Shown here one piece after another: positions 58,535-64,000 of a stretch of DNA of 64,000 bases. The notes below the pieces were generated by a model. That model worked only from the letters and a program-made list of their open reading frames with translations, was not told where the DNA came from and ran no database searches. The translations under genes and the position numbers were made by a program. The first letter of the stretch is position 1. Every line of letters begins with the position of its first letter. The stretch is from the NCBI GenBank assembly GCA_012839805.1, contig DUMU01000007.1, positions 78,374 through 142,373 on the forward strand, given 5' to 3'. The DNA is from Bacillota bacterium. Its GTDB lineage: Bacteria > Bacillota > Limnochordia > Limnochordales > DUMU01.

Positions 58535-59745
58535 CCGGGGAGCCAGAGCCGGGGGCGAGGGCTGGCGGAAGCGGGACCGGGGACGGGGGCAGGGTTGGGG
58601 TCGGGTGGCTCGCGACGGCAACGACGCGCGGTGCGGTACCGGTGCTCGCGGTTCTAACCGGGCTCGTCCTGGGTGCCGTCATCATCATCGTTACCGACCA
58701 GGACGTCATCGAAGCCTGGGGGAAGATCGGGTCGCAGCCGCTCGCACTGCCGGCCGCGGCCTGGGCAAGCGTTCGGGATGCCTACCGGGCCCTGTTCGCG
58801 GGCGCGCTGGGAAGCCCGTACGCCCTGTCGGAGAGCCTGGTGACGGCTACTCCCTACATCTTCGCGGGGCTGGCCGTAGGCCTCGGCTTCCGGGCCGGGC
58901 TCTTCAACATCGGGGCCGAAGGGCAACTTTTCATCGGCGCCCTGGCTTCGGTCTGGGTTGGATATGCCATTACCGGGCTGCCCGTCTGCGTTCACCTGCC
59001 CCTCGCGGTCCTGGCCGGGGCGCTGGCGGGTGCCGTGTGGGCGGCCATTCCCGGGTATCTTAAGGCGCGGACCGGGGCGCATGAGGTGGTCAACACCATC
59101 ATGCTCAACTACGTCGCGTTCCGCCTGAGTGACTGGCTGATCAACGGGCCGATGAAGCGGCCGGGGTGGGTGCCCATCACGCCGGAGGTTCAGCCGACGG
59201 CCTACCTTCCCCGTCTCTTCGGCGATCCCCTCAGGCTGCACGCGGGCTTCCTCCTCGCGCTGGCGATGGCGGTCGCGGTCTATTGGTTGCTTTTCCGATC
59301 CGTGCTGGGCTTCGAGCTTCGTTCGGTGGGCGCCAACCCCCGGGCCGCGCGGGTAGCCGGTATTAACGTGGGGCGGACCATGGTGGTGGCGATGGCCATG
59401 AGCGGTGCTTTGGCGGGCCTAGCCGGGACCAGCCAGGTGCTGGGGGTGGACCACTGGCTGGGACAGGGGTTTTCGGCCGGGTACGGGTTCGACAGCATCG
59501 CCCTCGCCCTGCTGGGCAAAAGCCACCCGGCCGGGGTGGTGGCGGCGGCGCTCCTCTTTGGCGTGCTCCGCAGCGGCGCCACCCGGATGCAGTCGGCCGC
59601 CGGGATTCCCATCGACATCATTACCATCATCCAGGCTCTGGTCATCGCTTTCGTGGCGGCAGACGCGTTGATACGCGGTCTTTTCCGGCTGCGCCGCGAG
59701 GAGCAAGTACCGGCCGAGATGTTTACGAGGGGGTGGGGCGGTTGA
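58531..59745 (+). CDS. ABC transporter permease (BMP/nucleoside system, YufP-like)
   Basis: Polytopic protein with FNIGAEGQLFIGAL and GFDSIALALLG. 4-nt overlap with the ATPase gene. Gly-rich N-terminal ~35 aa. Confidence 0.85.
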   Translation: MTGEPEPGARAGGSGTGDGGRVGVGWLATATTRGAVPVLAVLTGLVLGAVIIIVTDQDVIEAWGKIGSQPLALPAAAWASVRDAYRALFAGALGSPYALSESLVTATPYIFAGLAVGLGFRAGLFNIGAEGQLFIGALASVWVGYAITGLPVCVHLPLAVLAGALAGAVWAAIPGYLKARTGAHEVVNTIMLNYVAFRLSDWLINGPMKRPGWVPITPEVQPTAYLPRLFGDPLRLHAGFLLALAMAVAVYWLLFRSVLGFELRSVGANPRAARVAGINVGRTMVVAMAMSGALAGLAGTSQVLGVDHWLGQGFSAGYGFDSIALALLGKSHPAGVVAAALLFGVLRSGATRMQSAAGIPIDIITIIQALVIAFVAADALIRGLFRLRREEQVPAEMFTRGWGG

Positions 59746-61037
59746 GCTTACCGGCTTGGGCGGATCAAGGGGAACGGGTGGAGCCACGCCCCTTCGCGCG
59801 GGCGCCAACCCGGGGGAGCCGGCCGCCGGCACCGGTCGTCGTCTCGTTCCTCGTCATCCTGGTCATCGTTCTGGGCTTCCTGCGGACCTCTCCGGGCGGC
59901 GAGGCCCTCTTCGGACTGGCAGGAAGCGGCGGGGCCGAGCTGGTGGTACTCGGGCCTCTCAGCGTGCCGGTCAATCCGGCCTTGTATGGCTTCTTCCTGC
60001 TGACCGCGGTGATGGGGCTGGCTTATGCGGGCGGGCGTCTCGAGGCGGGCGGGCTCGTTTTGGGGGTGGCGTTCCTTTCCCTGGTCGGGGCGTTTCTGGT
60101 CTGGGCGACCGCCGGCCAGTCGCTCAACCTAATGGGTATGCTCCAGGCTACGCTGGTACGGGCGGTACCCATCCTGCTCGCAGCGCTGAGCGGCGTGATG
60201 TGCGAGCGCTCGGGCGTGGTCAACATCGCGATCGAGGGGATGATGCTGGGGGCGGCTTTCACCGGGGTGGTAGCCGCTTCGGCCACCGGCAACCTTCTCG
60301 TGGGCCTGGTAGGGGCGGTAGCAACGGGGGCACTCCTGGCTTTGGTGCATGCCGTGCTTTCCATCGGCTACCGGGTGGACCAGATCGTAAGCGGTACGGT
60401 GATCAACATCTTCGCCACCGGGGTCACCAGTTACTTGAGCGCCCGTTTCCTTCAGCACATGGCCTGGCTCAACGCCTCCGGCACTTTCCCGGATGTCGTC
60501 GTGCCCGGGCTCTCACGGCTTCCGCTGATCGGACCGCTACTTTTCCGGGGGAACTTCTTTTTCTACCTGGCGATCGCGCTGGTCGCCGGCCTGCATGTAC
60601 TCCTCTTCCGGACCCGGTTCGGTTTGCGGGTGCGGGCGGTGGGCGAGCATCCCCGGGCCGCCGATACTTTGGGAGTAAACGTTTGGCGGATCAGGTACGT
60701 CAGTGTAATACTGGGAGGAATGATCGCCGGCCTGGGCGGCGCCTATTTCACCCTGGGATCGGTGGGGCGGTTCGATGAACTGATGACCGCCGGGCGCGGC
60801 TTCATCGGCCTGGCTGCCATGATCTTCGGGAAGTGGACGCCGGCGGGTGCTTTCGGGGCATCGCTACTCTTTGGGTTTGCCGACTCGCTCCAAACCAAGC
60901 TCCAGATCCTGGGAACGCCGATCCCGCCGGAGTTCCTCTTGATGGCTCCTTACGTGGCAACCATCATCGTGGTCTCCGGGATCGTGGGCCGGGCCACTCC
61001 GCCGGCGGCCGACGGGCAGCCTTACGAGAAAGGATGA
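59733..61037 (+). CDS. ABC transporter permease (BMP/nucleoside system, YufQ-like)
   Basis: VNIAIEGMMLGAAF...GFIGLAAMIFGKW. GTG at 59733 overlaps the upstream gene. The true start may be later. Confidence 0.85.
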   Translation: MGRLSLPAWADQGERVEPRPFARAPTRGSRPPAPVVVSFLVILVIVLGFLRTSPGGEALFGLAGSGGAELVVLGPLSVPVNPALYGFFLLTAVMGLAYAGGRLEAGGLVLGVAFLSLVGAFLVWATAGQSLNLMGMLQATLVRAVPILLAALSGVMCERSGVVNIAIEGMMLGAAFTGVVAASATGNLLVGLVGAVATGALLALVHAVLSIGYRVDQIVSGTVINIFATGVTSYLSARFLQHMAWLNASGTFPDVVVPGLSRLPLIGPLLFRGNFFFYLAIALVAGLHVLLFRTRFGLRVRAVGEHPRAADTLGVNVWRIRYVSVILGGMIAGLGGAYFTLGSVGRFDELMTAGRGFIGLAAMIFGKWTPAGAFGASLLFGFADSLQTKLQILGTPIPPEFLLMAPYVATIIVVSGIVGRATPPAADGQPYEKG

Positions 61038-61056
61038 CCCAGGGAGGAAGCCGATC

Positions 61057-62130
61057 ATGGGCCGCGAGATAACGCTGATTTTCTTCTTCGGGATGCTGGT
61101 CCTGATCGGTTCGCTGCTGGCCAGCCAGGTAGCCGCGCCCCCGCCGCAGCCCCCGGGTGGACCCGGTGGTGCTGATTACCCGCATGCGAGGGTGAGGCAG
61201 TCGTCGTTCGGGAACGGTAGCGAGCTCTATTGGCTCTTCGAGCCGGCTGATCCCATGCCTGCCGACGCCCCGGTCATTCTTTTCCTGCACGGCTGGGGAG
61301 CACTCGACCCCGAGCCCTACCGGCGGTGGATAGACCATCTGGCCCGGCGAGGTAACGTGGTCATCTACCCGAAGTATCAGGAAGGCCTCAACACTGAACC
61401 GCAGACCATGACGGAAGCCGCTCTGGCGGCGGCGGTCGACGCGTGGCGCAGGCTCCAAGGAGAGCCACCGTCCACGCCCTCGACGGGCGCGGGCGCTCCG
61501 CCCGGGCATGTCCGTCCGAGGGGTGAGCGGATGATCATCGTGGGTCACTCCCTCGGGGCGGTCATCGGTGCGAACCTGGCCGGGCGGGTGGCCATGGGCG
61601 AGGCGCCATTACCGGCCATCCCGGCGCTCATGCTGATCGAGCCGGGGGATTCGCAAGGACGATATGCAGGGCGGGACTATCCCAGCATCCTGGAAACCTC
61701 CCGGTATCAGGCCCTCCCTTCTGACACCTTGCTCCTCATGGTCGTGGGTGACCGTCCGGACCGGCTCGTAACGGGGACCATCGAGCGCATGTGGCCGGCG
61801 CTGGAACACCTGCCGGTCGACAACCGGGACTTCATCGTAGTGCAAAGCGACGATCACGGCCGGCCGGCGCTGGTGGCCGACCACTTTTCCCCTTGCGCGG
61901 CCGGTCCGGGTTTTCCCGCGCTCCTCGACGCGGCCCTCGGCAGCCTGGAGACGGATGCGCTCGACTACTACGGGTACTGGAAGCTGCTCGACGGTTTGAT
62001 CGGCGCGGTCTACTACGGCCGGGATCGCGAGTATGCTCTGGGGAACACGGAAAAACAGCGGTTCATGGGAAAGTGGTCCGACGGGACGCCGGTTCGGCCC
62101 CTGTTGGTGAGCGACCGCCCCCTGATTTAG
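61057..62130 (+). CDS. alpha/beta hydrolase, exported or membrane-anchored
   Basis: N-terminal hydrophobic helix, VILFLHGWG and the nucleophile elbow VGHSLGA. Confidence 0.7.
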   Translation: MGREITLIFFFGMLVLIGSLLASQVAAPPPQPPGGPGGADYPHARVRQSSFGNGSELYWLFEPADPMPADAPVILFLHGWGALDPEPYRRWIDHLARRGNVVIYPKYQEGLNTEPQTMTEAALAAAVDAWRRLQGEPPSTPSTGAGAPPGHVRPRGERMIIVGHSLGAVIGANLAGRVAMGEAPLPAIPALMLIEPGDSQGRYAGRDYPSILETSRYQALPSDTLLLMVVGDRPDRLVTGTIERMWPALEHLPVDNRDFIVVQSDDHGRPALVADHFSPCAAGPGFPALLDAALGSLETDALDYYGYWKLLDGLIGAVYYGRDREYALGNTEKQRFMGKWSDGTPVRPLLVSDRPLI

Positions 62131-63587
62131 CCCGTCCCGCATGCCTCCCGCAGCGCGATGGAGAGTTCGACCCGCTTTTTCTGCAGTTCACAAAAGAGAG
62201 GAACGGTACCCAGCATGTCTCCGCCCAGCAGGTCGGCGTTGGCGTGGCAGCCGCCTCCGCAATAGAGCCGGGCCCAGCAGTTCCGGCACTCCGGCTTGCC
62301 CAGGGCGTGGGCCCGGCGGAAACGTTCACTGAGTAGATGCCCGCAGGATCCGTCTCCGGTCGGGGTCGGGCTCAGCGATTGCTCGATGCCCGGGTCGAAG
62401 ATGGAGCCCATGCGGTAGGCCTCTCGTCCCACGAATTGATGACACGGATACAGGTCCCCCTCCGGGGTGACCGCGAGGTACTGGTATCCGGCGCCGCACC
62501 CGCTAATCCGCCGGGCCACACAAGGACCCGAGGGTGGGGCGAGCCGGAAATGGAAGAACTCGAAGGGGTCACCCTCCCTGGCCTTTCGCAGGTAGAGTTC
62601 GGCCAACCGGTCGTACTCCGAAAGCAGCCGGGGCAAATCCTCATCCCGCAGTGCCCAGGGGGCATCCGGGCCGGGAACGGCTACCACCGGCTCAAGCGAG
62701 ATGCGCCGGAACCCCTGATCGAGCAGGTACTCCACGTCCGCCGTGAAGTCGAGGTTCTCCCGGGTGAAAGTGCCGCGTATCCAGTAATCTCCATCCACCA
62801 GCTGTTGAACGGCTTGCCGGACGTTGCGCAATACGGCCGCGTGACTCATCTGGCCACCCAGCCGCCGCCGGAAGCGGTCGTGGATCTCGGGACGGCCGTC
62901 CAGGCTGAAGATCACCTGGAAATGGTAGAAGTTGAGGAAGGAGGCGATCTCTTCGTTCCAGAGCAGACCGTTGGTGGTCAGCGTGAAGTTGATCCGCTTG
63001 CCGGCTGCTGCCGCGCGGCTGGCGGCATACCCGGTAACATCGGTGACAACCTCCCAGTTGAGGGTGGGTTCGCCGCCGAAAAAGTCGATCTGCAGGGCGG
63101 ATGACCTGCCCGACGCTTCCATGAGCAGATCGATCGCCCGCCGGGCCACCTCTTGGCTCATGCGCCGTTCCCCGTGGCGCTGCCAGTCGGGCGCGGCGAA
63201 GCAGTACCGGCAGGCCAGGTTGCATTCCATGGCGACCAGGAGGCAAAGGGCCTTGAGTGGTGTGCCGATCCGAAACCCGGCGGAGGCGGCAGGTCCCAAA
63301 GTGATGGGCGGGGAGTCCGAGCCCGGGGAGGGGTGGCGGCGCGAGCAAGACCGGGTGCGGAGCGCCAACACTTCCCGCCAAGCCGTGGCGGCCTCCTTCC
63401 GGCCGAACCGCTCGACTAACGCCAGCGGCGGGGAAGGGGACGCCGGCCCCTCCGCCATCTGCCAGGCTGCTGCCGCCGCCTCGTCCAGGGAGTACACTAC
63501 CCCTGTTTCGCCGTCCACCAGATAGTGGAGATGACGAAACTGGAAATGATGCCAGAGACTAGGCGAGGGGAATAGCCCGGCGGCCAC
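62127..63587 (-). CDS. scfB: SCIFF radical SAM/SPASM peptide maturase (ScfB-like)
   Basis: CNLACRYCF radical-SAM motif. C-terminal SPASM cysteines (CGAGYQYLAVTPEGDLYPCHQF, CRNCWARLYCGGGCHA). Directly downstream of a SCIFF-type peptide. GTG at 63587 after ggagag (8-nt spacer). Confidence 0.88.
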   Translation of the reverse strand: MAAGLFPSPSLWHHFQFRHLHYLVDGETGVVYSLDEAAAAAWQMAEGPASPSPPLALVERFGRKEAATAWREVLALRTRSCSRRHPSPGSDSPPITLGPAASAGFRIGTPLKALCLLVAMECNLACRYCFAAPDWQRHGERRMSQEVARRAIDLLMEASGRSSALQIDFFGGEPTLNWEVVTDVTGYAASRAAAAGKRINFTLTTNGLLWNEEIASFLNFYHFQVIFSLDGRPEIHDRFRRRLGGQMSHAAVLRNVRQAVQQLVDGDYWIRGTFTRENLDFTADVEYLLDQGFRRISLEPVVAVPGPDAPWALRDEDLPRLLSEYDRLAELYLRKAREGDPFEFFHFRLAPPSGPCVARRISGCGAGYQYLAVTPEGDLYPCHQFVGREAYRMGSIFDPGIEQSLSPTPTGDGSCGHLLSERFRRAHALGKPECRNCWARLYCGGGCHANADLLGGDMLGTVPLFCELQKKRVELSIALREACGTG

Positions 63588-63807
63588 GGCGGAAGCTCTC
63601 CGAACGGCGGCGGTCCGCGGCAGACACCAGCGAGCTTGCCGGACTGGCTTTCACGCAGATCTGGCTCGCCACGGTGCAAGAGGTCTTGCAGGCCGACTGG
63701 CAGGAGGTGTTGCACTCATCGCAGTTCACATCCGTGGGATCATCCCGCAGAATGCTCCAGGCGAGCAACCGTATGTGTTTTCTGGGGGTTATCGAGGCAG
63801 AGGTCAC
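63559..63807 (-). CDS. scfA: SCIFF (six-cysteine) ranthipeptide precursor with an unusual 31-aa C-terminal extension
   Basis: GTG at 63807 preceded by aaggagg (7-nt spacer). Core KHIRLL...DVNCDECNTSCQSACKTSCTVASQIC matches the SCIFF consensus (GGCGECQTSCQSACKTSC.V.NQ.C). The frame then stays open for 31 more codons into scfB. Confidence 0.85.
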   Translation of the reverse strand: MTSASITPRKHIRLLAWSILRDDPTDVNCDECNTSCQSACKTSCTVASQICVKASPASSLVSAADRRRSESFRRGRRAIPLA

Positions 63808-63865
63808 AGCCGTTCCTCCTTAGCTTTGCCGGCAGGCAGATATGGTCCGCCAAGATGATATGCTG

Positions 63866-64000
63866 CCGGCCGCCGGTTAGACAAGGGCGGTCGCCGGGCC
63901 GGAGCCGGAACGATCCGGAATCGGGCTTGAGCAGGAAAGTCCGGGCGGCAGGGAGAACCAGTATCCGGTAGGTTAGTGGATTCCACGGCCGAGACGATCC
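63866..64000 (+). ncRNA. rnpB: RNase P RNA (bacterial), 5' portion only; continues past the window end
   Basis: The universally conserved P4 segment AGGAAAGTCCGGGC lies at 63933-63946. It is preceded by AGACAAGGGCGGTCGCCGGGC and a P3-like hairpin CCGGAacgaTCCGG, parallel to E. coli M1 RNA (AGACAGUCGCCGC...GAGGAAAGUCCGGGC). The 5' end is estimated, not determined. Confidence 0.7.

Overview
This is a densely coding, high-GC (roughly two-thirds G+C by eye) bacterial chromosome segment. I saw no transposases, integrases, CRISPR arrays or rRNA genes. Several features point to a spore-forming Bacillota/Clostridia-like lineage: the synteny blocks tig-clpP-clpX-lonB-lon, gerM...rph-rdgB and smpB-ssrA, a SCIFF peptide with its radical-SAM maturase, and a YaaH-like GH18 protein. 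A PorV-like beta-barrel, a T9SS-type C-terminal sorting domain and an AMIN-domain amidase instead suggest a diderm envelope (Limnochordia/Symbiobacterium-like); this is inference only.

Layout:
- 0.4-5.9 kb: esterase, tRNA-Arg, GH18, M20 peptidase, cyclase.
- 6-17 kb, minus strand: an expanded Rnf cluster. Order is FMN-binding protein, degenerate RnfC paralog, RnfD, doubled RnfG, RnfE, RnfA, RnfB, ApbE lipoprotein, a Gx-transporter/NusG-II fusion, then a second, canonical RnfC behind its own leader. A Rex-like operator lies upstream.
- 17.2-23.2 kb: a 1690-aa S8 protease with a T9SS-like C-terminal domain, co-transcribed with a PorV-like barrel.
- 23.4-27.3 kb: K+-type membrane pyrophosphatase, tmRNA, smpB.
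- 27.3-30.7 kb: a lower-GC ABC-2 exporter operon with an uncharacterised 531-aa bitopic protein.
- 31-37.3 kb: amidase, gerM, murD, rph, rdgB.
- 37.4-41.4 kb: two tRNA clusters flanking an archaeal-type ADP-dependent sugar kinase and glgA.
- 41.5-51.3 kb: tig, clpP, clpX, lonB, lon, argF.
- 51-62 kb: PRC-barrel protein, DoxX, phosphohexomutase, split ChrA, BMP-type ABC transporter, hydrolase.
- 62-64 kb: SCIFF maturase and precursor, and the 5' part of RNase P RNA at the right edge.

The strongest candidate for something new is the Rnf cluster with extra covalent-flavin modules and a split or degenerate RnfC. The protease/PorV pair, the ABC-2 operon and the ADP-dependent kinase follow. All family assignments come from motif recognition by eye; no database search was run.
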